The notes under the pieces were generated by a model. That model made no database searches. It was not told the origin of the DNA and was given only the letters and a program-made list of their open reading frames with translations. DNA of 64,000 nt from Bdellovibrionales bacterium (GTDB lineage Bacteria; Bdellovibrionota; Bdellovibrionia; Bdellovibrionales; UBA1609): positions 1 through 64,000 of the forward strand of contig CBDCMT010000001.1 of NCBI GenBank assembly GCA_965219095.1. The letters are read 5' to 3'. Both the position numbers and the translations under genes were made by a program. Of the stretch, positions 23,285 to 34,685 are shown piece by piece (positions within the stretch are counted from its first letter, which is position 1; each line of letters opens with the position of its first letter).

Positions 23285-25039
23285 ATGATAACAATAAAAA
23301 GGGGGTTTATGAGAGCGGAAGCTTTTAGGGGTCAGTCCACTTTATATTTTCAACCTTTAAATTTTCTTTCTCTTTTATTCATGTTTTTAACGTATATAAA
23401 TGTGCATGCTCAAGATCATCAGATGACACCACAAAACTACATACAGCCACAAGCGTTTAAGTGGGTTAAAGACACAAGGACCAACAAGGACATAGGAACT
23501 TGTTCTCTCTCTAAAATTTATACAAACAAGATACCTGAACATTTCAACTATCACCCCTATCAAGAATACCCCATTTTTGTAGGAGAACCTGTTGAACTTT
23601 ACGCTAAATCTTTTCCTGAATATAAAAGAAAAATTCCAGATATCATTTTAGAAGAACAAGTCAGAGACTTGGAGTATATTTGGCGTATAGAAAAAGTGGA
23701 AAAAGTAAAGTCTCCTGAAAATTTTAAACCTCTCTTGTGGGAGTTTTATGGCAAACATGTTACTTTTCATCCATCAGAACCAGGTATTTACAATATTAAC
23801 TTAAACATTCTCTACAATGAAACTCCTAAAGGAGAAAAAACAAAAGGTGTTTGTCATAATACCGCCTTTTTTATTCATGTAACCATGAACCCACCTTTAC
23901 GTAACATTAGCGCAGTCAGTAATCAAGAAGAGGAACCCTTTAAAGTTAAGTTTTCACACCTAGAAGCCTTAGGAGTTTTTAAGGCATGGAAATTAGCTCC
24001 TCAAAAAGGAGAAGGCATTTTAGTAGCAGTGATTGATACTGGTTTTAACTACAATGCACCAGATTTTGCGGGAAAAATCGCAAATTTCAGTTGCAAAACC
24101 AAAGAAGATCATAAAGATCCCATAAAAGCTCAATGTGAAATCCCTGGGAACAGTATAGATGATGACAATAATGGTTTTACAGACGATGTTCATGGTTGGG
24201 ATTTCCATTACAATGACCCCTATCCTTTTAGTGAAGAAGATCATGGCTCTTCTGTTGCAGGCCTTATCTCTTCTCAGAGGGCTGGAGTGGCACCTCAAGC
24301 AAAGATTTTACCTATTACACCTACAACTGAGCAAATGAGTAATGCTGTACGTTACGCCGTTGATCGTAAAGCTCATATCATTAATTTATCTTTCAGTATG
24401 CCAACATTTTCTGCATTTTCTGCGAATCTTGAAGAATATCAAAATTTTATTGATTCTCTTGAGTATGCAAGAAAAAAGGGAGTTCTTATTGTTACTACAA
24501 CTGGCAACTCCAGAAAAAGCAACTGCATATTAGAAGAAGCTTTCAAACAAGAAGAATCTTGTGTTTTTACAGTTCCTGCAAAATTTTCTTCTAAAATGGA
24601 TAACGTCTTTGCGGTTGCTGCTACAACTAACGAAGGTCAATTAACCGAATATTCTATGTACAACGGAACTCCTTATAAAACTCTTGCCGCCCCTGGAGGG
24701 ACTAAAGATCATCCCATCATATCAGTGGCAGAATACAACACCCGCAACAGAAAGTATGCTTTGGTCTCGGGAACCTCTTTTGCCTCGCCTTTAGTTGTTG
24801 GTACTATAGCACTGATACTCAGTGCTCAACCTCAATTCTTTAATGAAAAAGGCCATATTAAATTCATACCTCTTTTTGAAGTTTTAAAACAAAGTGGAAT
24901 TACACATCCTACATTAAAAGGGAAAATAGCTTCTGAAAGAATGTTAAGAGCCGATGATGCTGTAAAGCGAGCTTTGGAAATGTTTGAGGATATCCAGCTT
25001 TCTTGTGCGAGAACTACTTGTAAAAACCCAGACTTATAA
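23285..25039 (+). CDS. S8 (subtilisin-like) serine peptidase
   Basis: Catalytic triad VAVIDTG, HGSSVAG, GTSFASP; DDDNNGFTDDVHGWDF calcium loop. Confidence 0.93.
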   Translation: MITIKRGFMRAEAFRGQSTLYFQPLNFLSLLFMFLTYINVHAQDHQMTPQNYIQPQAFKWVKDTRTNKDIGTCSLSKIYTNKIPEHFNYHPYQEYPIFVGEPVELYAKSFPEYKRKIPDIILEEQVRDLEYIWRIEKVEKVKSPENFKPLLWEFYGKHVTFHPSEPGIYNINLNILYNETPKGEKTKGVCHNTAFFIHVTMNPPLRNISAVSNQEEEPFKVKFSHLEALGVFKAWKLAPQKGEGILVAVIDTGFNYNAPDFAGKIANFSCKTKEDHKDPIKAQCEIPGNSIDDDNNGFTDDVHGWDFHYNDPYPFSEEDHGSSVAGLISSQRAGVAPQAKILPITPTTEQMSNAVRYAVDRKAHIINLSFSMPTFSAFSANLEEYQNFIDSLEYARKKGVLIVTTTGNSRKSNCILEEAFKQEESCVFTVPAKFSSKMDNVFAVAATTNEGQLTEYSMYNGTPYKTLAAPGGTKDHPIISVAEYNTRNRKYALVSGTSFASPLVVGTIALILSAQPQFFNEKGHIKFIPLFEVLKQSGITHPTLKGKIASERMLRADDAVKRALEMFEDIQLSCARTTCKNPDL

Positions 25040-25127
25040 AATCCTGATCAGAGTTAAGATTTACATTTTTTGATTCTGTCTTCACCGAACAACACTTGCT
25101 GTTTTTTTGATTTATACAAGATCTTCT

Positions 25128-25874
25128 CCTGACTTCGACACAACACAGTAAGTTAAAAAAATATTTTCATTCTTTTACCTCTAGCTTTTAGTTGAAGGAG
25201 TTATACACAGGTTTTAGGTTGGTTCTGTGGCCCTGGCCCATTTTACAAGTTTGGAAAAGTTGTTTAGCCTTTTTGAAGAATGTTTATAAAAGTAACATCA
25301 AAGTCTAAGGGTAAAAAAAGTGTACGGATTGTAGAGTCTGTTTGGCTTAAGGTGTAATAGTCGCAACTTAATCTGACACGTCTCGAAATGTCAAAGAGAT
25401 GAAAAGAGGTTACCCTGATCTTCCCCCAAAAAACTGTCCACTTTTTTGGGGGAAGTTCAGGACTTAATTTAAGCTTTGAAAGAATGAGAAAGATCTTAAA
25501 AAGAGATCAGTACAGTATTTTAAAAGAAAAAAAGACGAAAAAACTTTATCGCCTTCCCTCAGGTTGTACAAAGGAAGTAGAAGAAATTTACAGTGCTTTT
25601 TCGCTTAAAAGAGACTCCTCTATGAGCCTCTTTTCCACAACATCTGCTGAATCTGCTGACCTTTAAAAAAACCCTTTCCTGTGGCCCCAAAAATTGTAAC
25701 TATTTGAAATTATTCATTTATTGCAGTGTGTTGTGTCGAAGTCAGGACAAAGTAAAACTCACTATGAGAAAATCTTACGACTTTAGAACCTCTAAAGCTA
25801 TAAAAATCGCCTTATATCATAACCTTGGAAAACTTCCAGAACCTCCGGGAACCCACAGATTCTTTTGAGGAGGC
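25128..25874 (+). mobile_element. Nested relic: internally deleted IS1634-A containing an IS481 left end and fused IS3 ends, followed by an ISL3 right-end fragment
   Basis: IS1634 IRs at 25128 and 25746; tgtaatagtcgc near 25353; IS3 ends 25416-25459; ISL3 25747-25874. Confidence 0.85.
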
Positions 25875-25936
25875 GAAAATTGAAAGCATAAAAAACCCCC
25901 TTAGGTTTCCCTTAGGAGGCTTTAATCATCGTAAAG

Positions 25937-27700
25937 TCAAAGGCCTAAAACACGTTCCACAGTTCTTAAAAGTGCTTGCTTGTATCCTTCAAAGTTATTT
26001 TGGTAGTCATAGGCTGTCATAGCATAATTAACGTCAGGAATGACTCCCAAATTTTCAATAGGTTGAGTAGGGTTACGTCGTCTCGCTATAGAGCCTGTAT
26101 AATGCATATTTTGAATTCCCAAGCGGTTGGCTCCAAAAGTGGTTGATAAGGTATATCCTCCCGCACCAGCTGTAGTTTGCCCGAAAATAACAGCACGACC
26201 GTTATCCTGCATAATAGCAGGAAAGAAGTCTCCTCCTGAAAAAGCAAATTCATCAATTAGAATGATGATAGGTTTTGTATAAACTCCTTTTTGACTAGGT
26301 GAAAGGGATTCTAAAAGTAAAGGCAGAGGATCGGTCAACCTTTCTCCTTCCTGCCAAGCTTTGATTGTTATTTGGAATTGCTTGAGTATACCTTTTGCCA
26401 AAGCCAAGTTAACAGGTAAACCTTGAAAGTTATCAGTTTTAAAAAGCTTTTGAGCTTCTATGTCTGTTTTGATATTTTGTAAAATTTCGATACTATCCTG
26501 CATGATGGCTATTTCCATAGGTGTGGTAGTGACTCTGTGAAGAGGAAGGGCTAAAGGTTTATTGGAAAGCATAGAGGCTAGGGCATAAAGGTAGTCGACT
26601 GAGCCACCAGGATTGTGAATTTGATCAATAATCAAAAGATCACTTTCTTTTTCGTAGTGGTTGATTAGATTTTGAAAATTTTCGGCAGAAAGTGTTCCCT
26701 TCAAACTCGAATAAGAATTAATTCTCAAGTAAGCAATTTTTTTATTTTTGTGTTTAAAAAGGTAGTTATGGAAAAAAGGACTCTGTTTTTTTGAAATGAT
26801 CTGTCCCATTTCAGGTAAAAAACTTTTCTTTGCACCAATAGTAGAATGAGGATTAGCTTCTCTATCTTCGTCTACTTCATTTATATTAATAGGAGCTAAA
26901 AAGTCATTCTGGAACAACATAATTTTAGAGATCAACTTAAGTAAATCACTTTGTTTAGGACCTTCTAAATAGGATAAAGAATCCAAATTTGATGAATTGG
27001 CAAGTAATGTATCATGATTACTTATAGGAGAGAAATCAACTAAATCAGGAGAGTAAGTCCAAGATGTATTGATTTCGATTATTTCTTGCCCATCCTTCTT
27101 TTTTATAGACAAAGTAACAGGACCTTTAGGCACGATGTGTCCTAGTTGAGCAGCCCTTATAGTTAGAAACCGAGAGTAAAGCATTTTTTCTGTAAGAGAT
27201 CTAGAGTTTCCAGAGTACATGCTAAGTAGCTCTTTTACCACTTCCTCAACAGGCTGGTCATTCATGGCCACAACTTCATCTCCTACATTTAAGGGAAAAT
27301 TTTGATCTTTTACAAACACCACAAAATATCGATTTTCAGCAGGCTTAACTATAAAAGGAAGTGTGGCTTTTTCTTGAGTAAATAGCCCAAGGGTTAAGTG
27401 ATAGTCATGAGCTCTATTAATAGACCGTAATAAAATCCCATGAAATTGTTTTACAGTTATGTCAGGGTTTTCCAATATAGTTTGTATAATAGAGTCTCTC
27501 TGATCTTCAACACTCCAACCAAGAAACTGTTCTTTCCAATCCTTAGGAGCGTACATATGATCTAAGACAAAAAACAAAGAGTGCATCGCATCAATCATCT
27601 CTCTTTGTAGTTTCGTTTCCGCAAAAGAGGGAAAATAAAACCCTAAAGTTAAACAAAATGTTAATATGATTTTTTGAAAATTCCTTGTATTCTGTACCAT
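25937..27700 (-). CDS. S41 tail-specific protease, CPAF-like, secreted
   Basis: YAPKDWKE, HDYH, PDZ-like LNVGDEVVAMND, NPGGSVDYLY, FSGGDFFPAIMQDN, TAGAGG, IENLGVIPD. Confidence 0.85.
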   Translation of the reverse strand: MVQNTRNFQKIILTFCLTLGFYFPSFAETKLQREMIDAMHSLFFVLDHMYAPKDWKEQFLGWSVEDQRDSIIQTILENPDITVKQFHGILLRSINRAHDYHLTLGLFTQEKATLPFIVKPAENRYFVVFVKDQNFPLNVGDEVVAMNDQPVEEVVKELLSMYSGNSRSLTEKMLYSRFLTIRAAQLGHIVPKGPVTLSIKKKDGQEIIEINTSWTYSPDLVDFSPISNHDTLLANSSNLDSLSYLEGPKQSDLLKLISKIMLFQNDFLAPININEVDEDREANPHSTIGAKKSFLPEMGQIISKKQSPFFHNYLFKHKNKKIAYLRINSYSSLKGTLSAENFQNLINHYEKESDLLIIDQIHNPGGSVDYLYALASMLSNKPLALPLHRVTTTPMEIAIMQDSIEILQNIKTDIEAQKLFKTDNFQGLPVNLALAKGILKQFQITIKAWQEGERLTDPLPLLLESLSPSQKGVYTKPIIILIDEFAFSGGDFFPAIMQDNGRAVIFGQTTAGAGGYTLSTTFGANRLGIQNMHYTGSIARRRNPTQPIENLGVIPDVNYAMTAYDYQNNFEGYKQALLRTVERVLGL

Positions 27701-27789
27701 AATCTCCCCTTACTAAAGTATTTGTACTTATTACAAAGTATTTTATTAAAAAATATTTTAAGCAAATAAAGATGTTCACAGTGCGTTAC

Positions 27790-28230
27790 TCTTATTTACT
27801 TTATTAAGTATTTTTTTAATGAACTCAGAGTTAACTAAGTTGATCCTGAAAAAAGCCATCTATAGTGTTTATGGTGGTTATTTACTATTGTGAAAGCCAA
27901 GTATTTTGTCCGTTTAAGAATTCTAAGAGCTAAGTTCCCTAAAATAGAAGAAATAAATAAAAAAAACTTAACCTTCACAAAGCTACAACAGCTTCAGGAG
28001 ATAGGCTTTTTAGATCCGTAACAGCTATGGATATTACAAAAGAACTCCAAAGATAGCTGCACTCTCAGTTATAGGAAATAACAATGAATTTAATGATTTT
28101 TATGGAAAGTTGATCAAAAAAATTTACCACCACATACTGCTAGAAACGCTGTTAGCTAGAAGAATTGCAAGCCTAGCTTTAAGTGTTTTCAAGTCTGGAA
28201 AAATATAAACCTTATGGAGAATGTAAAAAT
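27790..28230 (+). pseudogene. Degenerate IS110-family transposase 3' part
   Basis: Broken frames reading IAALSVIGNNNEFNDFY and ARRIASLALSVFKSGKKYKPY. Confidence 0.5.
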
Positions 28231-28240
28231 GTAAATAATA

Positions 28241-28933
28241 ACCCGAGTTTTGATTTTTATATACTTCTCAGAAGCCTCTGTTCCTGAGTTTTAAGTTGAA
28301 TGGAGGGTTTTTTAGAGTTTTAAGTAAGAGATGAGGGTACCTAAAAGATTGACGACAAAATTTTGTGGGCTGCGATGGCGAGAATACTCAAGATGAAACT
28401 CTCCTTTTAAAACTCCAATCACTGACCTCCACAACAGAACGTTTTTTCAACATCAACTTGTCAAACTAAGGGAATCGATTTACAGGCTCTCAATTTATTC
28501 TCCATATTTAATTTGATGTTTGTAATAAGCTTAACTCCCTTCTTTAAAAGAAGTTTATAACCTCTGTCTCCAAAGAGTTTCCCCCATCAGCCTTTTACTA
28601 TAAACCTATAACTTAGCTTTCGATCATCCACATTTCCCGGAGTTAAGGTAAAACTTAAAAGTTCTCCGAGGTGATTGATAAAATATGGAGTTTAAAACCG
28701 AAGAACCAGCCTGTGACTTCTTTTACCTCTTTTTAGCTAACTTTTAGAACACCTTATTTCGTCCTATTCTTTTATTTTTACAGACAGAAATCGATGTGGA
28801 ATCAATAATGAATGGAGAAGTGTTTTTTCTTGACATACTCATAAAAAACCTCAAGGTGACCTGCTTTTTCTATTTACCGAAAATAGAACTGCTCTCAGAG
28901 AGAATTGTGCAACAACGCTATTTTTTCACGGGT
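28241..28933 (-). mobile_element. Degenerate IS982-family element
   Basis: Ends acccgagtt / cgggt; minus strand matches 46138-46310, which encodes HLEHSRHRSPQNFVINLL..YCLKPKKPSI. Confidence 0.65.
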
Positions 28934-29228
28934 AACTAAGTTACTTGCAAATTGATTAGATTACTATTTCAAATAAGTAAACTATAACGCATCATTTCTT
29001 CATACAATACTTTAACAAATTTTTTTATTATTCATCTAATATTTTATGTATATTTTTCCATGTTAGATTTTAACATATTGAAATTACTAGGTTTTATCAT
29101 TAATAGGATAGCTATGTATTTTTTTCACGAAACAAGTTTTTTGAAAATTATTTAAATTTAAAAATTTTTTGTTGCTTTTTTCTTTTTTTTGACTTAAAAT
29201 CGTCCTCAAAAGAAAGGAAAGAAAACAA

Positions 29229-30125
29229 ATGGAATATGAAAAAGAAAAAGCCTTACCAAAAAAACAGGAGTTTTATCCTGATTTACCTGATATTTTTCAA
29301 TACCAAGATTATAGAGAGTTTTTAAGAGATTGGTTTAAAGTAAAAAAGAAGCAAGAAAGTAGTTACTCTGGAGCTATTTTTGCCAAACATGGGGGTTTTA
29401 ATTCCCACACTCTTTTAAAAATGGTGATTGATAAAAAAAGAAACCTCACCTATAATTCTCTTTTGTTTTTTTCAAAAGCCCTAGGTTTAAAAGTCAAACA
29501 AAGGCAGTATTTTGAAAAGCTGGTTTTATTCAATCAAGCCAAGAGTTCAGAAGTAAAGGCTGATTTTTTACATGAGCTTTGTCTTCTTTCCAAACAATCC
29601 AAATACACAGTTTTAGATAAAATTAAAAACTACCAAAGGTATTGCTCCCACTGGTATATGATAGCAATACATGAAATGACAGCTTTGGAGGATTTTAAAG
29701 ATAATCCTGAGTGGATGGCAAAAAAATTAAAAAATAAGATTACCAAGAAGGAAGCTCAAAAAGCTTGGCAGACTTTGTTAGATTTAGGTTTTGTTGTGAA
29801 GAAGGAGGGATGTTTTGAGTCTGTTGATCCTGTAATTGATTTCAGTACAGGAGGGGCTGATTTTGTAATTCAAAATTTTCACAAACAATATTTGAAACGT
29901 ACTTTTTCTTCTATTGATAAAGAAGGCCCTGAGGAAAGGGAACTTTCCTCTCTGACTTTGGCTGTGACGACTGAAGATAGGGAGAGAATTCAAAAAATGG
30001 TAAAAGAATTCAGAAAATATATTAATTTAATTTACACAAAGTCAAGAGAAAAACAAAAACCTCGTCATTTACTGGCTATAAACATGCAGATTTTAAATCT
30101 TACTACACAGGAGGAAAACAAATGA
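29229..30125 (+). CDS. TIGR02147/DUF4423-family protein (putative HTH regulator)
   Basis: IFQYQDYREFLRDW, KRNLT, YFEKLVLFNQAK, SHWYMIAIHE, QNFHKQ, ERELSSLTL. Confidence 0.85.
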   Translation: MEYEKEKALPKKQEFYPDLPDIFQYQDYREFLRDWFKVKKKQESSYSGAIFAKHGGFNSHTLLKMVIDKKRNLTYNSLLFFSKALGLKVKQRQYFEKLVLFNQAKSSEVKADFLHELCLLSKQSKYTVLDKIKNYQRYCSHWYMIAIHEMTALEDFKDNPEWMAKKLKNKITKKEAQKAWQTLLDLGFVVKKEGCFESVDPVIDFSTGGADFVIQNFHKQYLKRTFSSIDKEGPEERELSSLTLAVTTEDRERIQKMVKEFRKYINLIYTKSREKQKPRHLLAINMQILNLTTQEENK

Positions 30126-30211
30126 AAGGATATTTATTAAGGAGTTTTTTAGGAGTTAAGGAGATAAAAAGTCTTTTATATAAGAAAAAACCCAAAATTA
30201 TAAGAAAACAA

Positions 30212-30270
30212 AATAAGGAGGATAAAATGAAAAAACAAAATAATAAGGAGGATAAAATGAAAAAACAAAA
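30212..30270 (+). repeat. 30-bp tandem duplication of RBS plus start codon
   Basis: aataaggaggataaaatgaaaaaacaaaa twice; in-frame ATGs at 30227 and 30257. Confidence 0.85.
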
Positions 30271-32742
30271 AACAATTTTAGCTATACTTTTTCTGGTTTC
30301 TGTTTCAGCCTTAGGGACTCAGGGAGTAACTAATGGAGTAGGTATAGGAAATGGTTCTAATGGACAAGATCAAGTACATCAAATGACCAGTCATGTGAAC
30401 CCTTTGTTTCCCGATGACTTAGATAGCTATATGGTATATAGTGCTTCCGCTTAGGTTTTCCGTTTTTTTTGAGTTGAGGTCTAGTTTTTATTCTAAGGCC
30501 TTGATAAAAAGTCATTTATTTTTAAAAATAGTTTCATATGTCAGGGTTTCTATCAAAAAAAGAGCGAAAAGATTTACTCTATGAACTATCTTTAGAAAGA
30601 AATCTTAGGTACGGAAAAAGGATTATGACAATTCTCCATTTAGATAAAGGTGAGTTGTGTAAAGATATTTCCCGTTTTCTTTTCATTGATGAGGGCACGA
30701 TAAGAGCCTGTAGAGATCGTTATAACAAAGGCGGGATAGAGTGCTTAATCAACGACAATTACAACCCTAAAAGGTCCTTTTTAACTAAGAAAGAGGAGAA
30801 AATGCTTTTAAAGGAATTAGAGAAAAGAATTTTTCCGTCATCACAGGCCCTTATTCAGTTCATTGAGGAGAATTTTGGTGTTACGTACTCAACAAGTGGT
30901 GTAATTGATCTTCTCCATCGCCTTGGTTTTTCTTATAAAAAAGCCACAGCGATACCGGGTAAGGCAAAGAGAGAAGAGCAGAAAAAGTTTGTGCGTAAAT
31001 ACAAGAGAATTAAGAAGAAAGACGGTCCTGTTTACTTTGCTGATTCCACACATCCTGAGTGGGGCCCTACGATTTCATATGGTTGGATAAGAGAGGGTAA
31101 GAAGTTTGAAGTGAAGACCAATTCAGGCTGGAGAAAAAGAGTGAATGTTTGTGGAGCTATTGAGATCAATAGTTTGAAGACGGTAGTCAGGAGTTATAAG
31201 ACAGTTAACCATGTTTCCATATGTGATATGCTCCATCATATTCATTAAGAAGTATTCCGATGAAAAAGAGATTCATCTTATCTTAGATGGGGCCGGATAC
31301 AATAGATCGAAGTCTGTCAAGAAGTTAGCGAAAGAGTTGAATATAAAACTTGTTTATCTTCCTCCGTACTCACCGAATTTAAATCCTATAGAAAGGCTTT
31401 GGAAGTTTATGAAAAAAGAGGTCACGGCGAATCGATATTATGAAAACTATGACGATTTCAAGGGAAGTTTAAGTCAATTTTTTAGAGGAATACGAAAACA
31501 CAGATCTAAATTAGAAACTTTGATAACTGATAACTTCTCTATCTTAGGAAACTGAAAACCTAAGCGGAAGCACTATATAGTGAAGCGGATATCAATTCCG
31601 TTCTACACTGGGGTTCAGGCTCTGTTTCAACGATAGAACAAGCCCTTTATGAAGCAAGCGATTACGCCAGTGTGGGAAATCTAGAGAAAGCCAAAAAGGT
31701 TTTAAGAACAGCTCTTACTGTAGCGGCTAGGGATTTTCCTAAAAAGCCTGCAGACTTAGGAAGTCCTATAACACAGAAATTAATACATCGCTCCCTTCAA
31801 TACTTAGGAGTTTTAGAAAAAGTTTTTTTAACCGACGGGAAATATACAAAAAGAGAAAAAGAAACAGAGTTTTATTTCCTTCAAGAATATACTTTTATGA
31901 TTGTGTCTGCGTGGAGGGATTTGGATCAAGATTATTACATTCCTTACTATCATAAATACCACAGATGCCATCCCTCTTATTACGATTGCATGCCTGAGAT
32001 CTTCAGAATTAGCGATTTTACTGAGAAGTACATGGATTATGCAAAAAAAGAGTTGAATTTTGTGCTTGATAAATTTTTAGTTGAATCTAACAGTGCCGGT
32101 TATCATTACTATAAAGTACCTGTAGGGGACGAAGGAGCTGTGTTGGCATTAGCTGAGATGTCATCTCGTAATATAGCAGGTGATATAGCAAGCACTTTAT
32201 GGGCTTATAGAAATTCTTTTGCAGTTCAACAATTGATGGCTTTAAATCAAAGATTATCTAAATTTAGAAAAGGCAATGGAGGATATAAAAATGTCAAAAG
32301 AGCTATTAACGGCTGGGGAGGAATTAATTCTATCTTTCAAAACGTTATTTCCTATCTAAACGAGAAGGACTATTATTATGATCCTTATAAACGAAATCAT
32401 CACTACAAAAGAGATTATGAAAGAAATCATCACTACAAAAGACATTGCTCCTATGTGATCACTGTAGAAGAGGATATAAGGGGGTTAGGTGATTATATAG
32501 AAGTGTCGATATCTCGTGTTCCTGATTATGTAGAAGAGTTAGTTGTTTCTTCTACAGCTTATGGGGCTGATGCTCAAGTAAGTGTGTGGACTAATGGAAG
32601 GTCAAAAGGCATGATGGACATTCCCCAACATGATCCTAAATATTCTATTCCTGTTAAAGAAAGAATTCGAGATGTGAAATTTCATCTTACAAGAGGAGAG
32701 AGAGTAAGAATTCATAATATAAAGATCAATTACTGTGAATAA
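30257..32742 (+). pseudogene. Secreted hypothetical protein split by IS630
   Basis: Removing 30439-31577 joins ...DSYMVY to SEADINSVLHWGSG..VGNLEKAKK in frame with ORF 31672-32742. Confidence 0.85.
30439..31575 (+). mobile_element. IS630-family IS (type A), frameshifted transposase
   Basis: IR tagtgcttccgcttaggtttt; TA duplication; FADSTH, ILDGAGY, LPPYSPNLNPIERLW. Confidence 0.93.
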
Positions 32743-32801
32743 ATTCTATGATGAAAATAAAACGAATAACAATGAAAACGAAAGAAGAAAGGAGTTTTAA
32801 A

Positions 32802-33671
32802 ATGAAAAAGATTATTTTAACAATAGGACTGTTTTTAAGCCCTCTTTTATCTGAAGGTATGTTTACTGATGATGGTTTTCCACAAAGGCCTCACAACCAA
32901 CAAGTTAAAAGAAAAGCTATAAGTAGTGAAGGTTCTTATCAAACTTATCATACAAAAATAAGGGAAGGTAAAGCTAATATCGATATTTATGTTCACCTAA
33001 GAGCCCTTAAAGTTCATTCTATGTCTGAGGAACAAATTTTTGCTGTGATAAAAATTACCAGAAAATACAAAAGAGAAACATCTACTAAGGTAGGGCTTTT
33101 TAGGCTTCTGCCTGCAGAAGGTGGTCAATATCACTGGAGCCTTCTTTTCACCCAAAACGGCACTTTAGAGTCTTCTAAAGATATTTTTTATACCAGTGTT
33201 TCTGCAAGTACAAATAGAGGAAAAAGGCAACTTCAGCTTCTAGAAACCAATCTATCATGTGATCTCAAAGTTCCTAATAAAATTGTGCTTCAACAGGTAG
33301 TCTCTTCTAGAAAGGAAGTTTGGAAGCCTTTTCCTTTCAATGCCTTTATTCAAAAGAACTCAAAAAAAGAGCAAATAGGCTATATACAAGAAGGGCAGTT
33401 TTATTCTGGAAGGGCTTTATCTCAAGAAGGAGATTTTATTCTACAGAAAATGACTCCTTATATAGCAATTTTGAGACCTAAGGTGCCATCTCTTTTTACA
33501 GCATCAGGATGGGATGTTAGCTTGGAATCTGAATCTATAGCCTTAGTTTTCCAAAACAAATCCTCTTGGCAAGATAATAAAACTATTCTATTTATTGATA
33601 ATGAGGATGGCAATGATAACTTATGTTTTAAAGATGCCGTTCCTTATGATTTTTACGAACAAAGAAATTAA
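32802..33671 (+). CDS. Secreted hypothetical protein
   Basis: Likely start MKKIILTIGLF after an aaggag RBS; co-oriented in the cluster downstream of TIGR02147. Confidence 0.65.
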   Translation: MKKIILTIGLFLSPLLSEGMFTDDGFPQRPHNQQVKRKAISSEGSYQTYHTKIREGKANIDIYVHLRALKVHSMSEEQIFAVIKITRKYKRETSTKVGLFRLLPAEGGQYHWSLLFTQNGTLESSKDIFYTSVSASTNRGKRQLQLLETNLSCDLKVPNKIVLQQVVSSRKEVWKPFPFNAFIQKNSKKEQIGYIQEGQFYSGRALSQEGDFILQKMTPYIAILRPKVPSLFTASGWDVSLESESIALVFQNKSSWQDNKTILFIDNEDGNDNLCFKDAVPYDFYEQRN

Positions 33672-34521
33672 TTTATGATGGAGTAGAAAGATTAAAATAA
33701 AGGAATTTAAAAAAGAAGAAAAGTTTACAAATAAAATAAAGGAGAAAAAATGAAAAATGCAATCAAAAGAATGAAAAGTTTAATTTTAACAATTTTTGTT
33801 TCAACTTTAAGCTTTTCTTTGTCTGCTGGTGTTTTAGAAGGACTTAAACCTGTTGTCTTAACTCCTGAAGAAAGACAACAGTTAAAGGAGTATGCTGAAA
33901 CCTCTAGAATTTTTCTAAAAGAAGCTCTTCGTAATGCCGAAGGAAAACCCAGAGATGCTCAGATTAGAATCTACAAACAAACCATTAGAAAGGTCGTATC
34001 TTCTTCTTATGAGAAAGGTCGTTATAGAGAACTTTTGATGAGGTTTATTTTAAACCAAGCTTTAAGGCTTACGGATGGAGATCCACTTCAAGGAGTGAAA
34101 GGAGTTTTGACTATGACTTACAACCCTGATGTTGTGATGTTAATTTATAGAGATTCCATAAATCTAGCTATTGATTATTCAGAAAAAGATTTAAAGTTTT
34201 TAAATGATAAGGAATTTCTTTTGCCTTACAATGATATGGCCTATGAGAGGCTACAATTTATTTATCAATGGTCTCACAAAGTTATGGATTCAGGGCTTAA
34301 AGCAAAGTTTTTAAAAACGGGCTTAAGAGATTGGCATACCACTGTGGCTCAACCTACAAATCATAAAAGAGAACAATTGTCTTATTTAATTTTAAAAATA
34401 GAAAAGATTTTAAAAGAAGTGAACTCCTATACTAGTGCAGCAAAAAGAGAAAGATTTTTATTGGGAGAAGTTCGCTGGCTCTTAAAAGAAGAAAAATACA
34501 GATTAGAAACAGAAAAAAAAG

Positions 34522-34649
34522 AAAGAAAATTACAGGAAGCATAAGTAAAAAGATTACGAGAAAAACGGGAAGCAGAAAAAAGAAGATTACAGGAAGCAGA
34601 AGAAAGAAGATTACGAGAAAAACGGGAAGCAGAAAAAAGAAGATTACAA
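34522..34649 (+). repeat. 57-bp (19-codon) tandem repeat, about 2 units
   Basis: Encodes EAEERRLREKREAEKRRLQ-type units. Confidence 0.8.
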
Positions 34650-34685
34650 CCTAAAACTAGACAGTCACGCAATGACTGCATTAAA

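Noticed and set aside
27790..28420. Active IS110 with a bridge-RNA non-coding end
   Set aside because: The transposase is badly degraded and the adjacent non-coding DNA is an IS982 relic
30122..30454. Standalone 110-aa ORF or RiPP precursor
   Set aside because: It is the 5' part of the IS630-split gene; the stop lies within the IS and the likely start is 30227 or 30257
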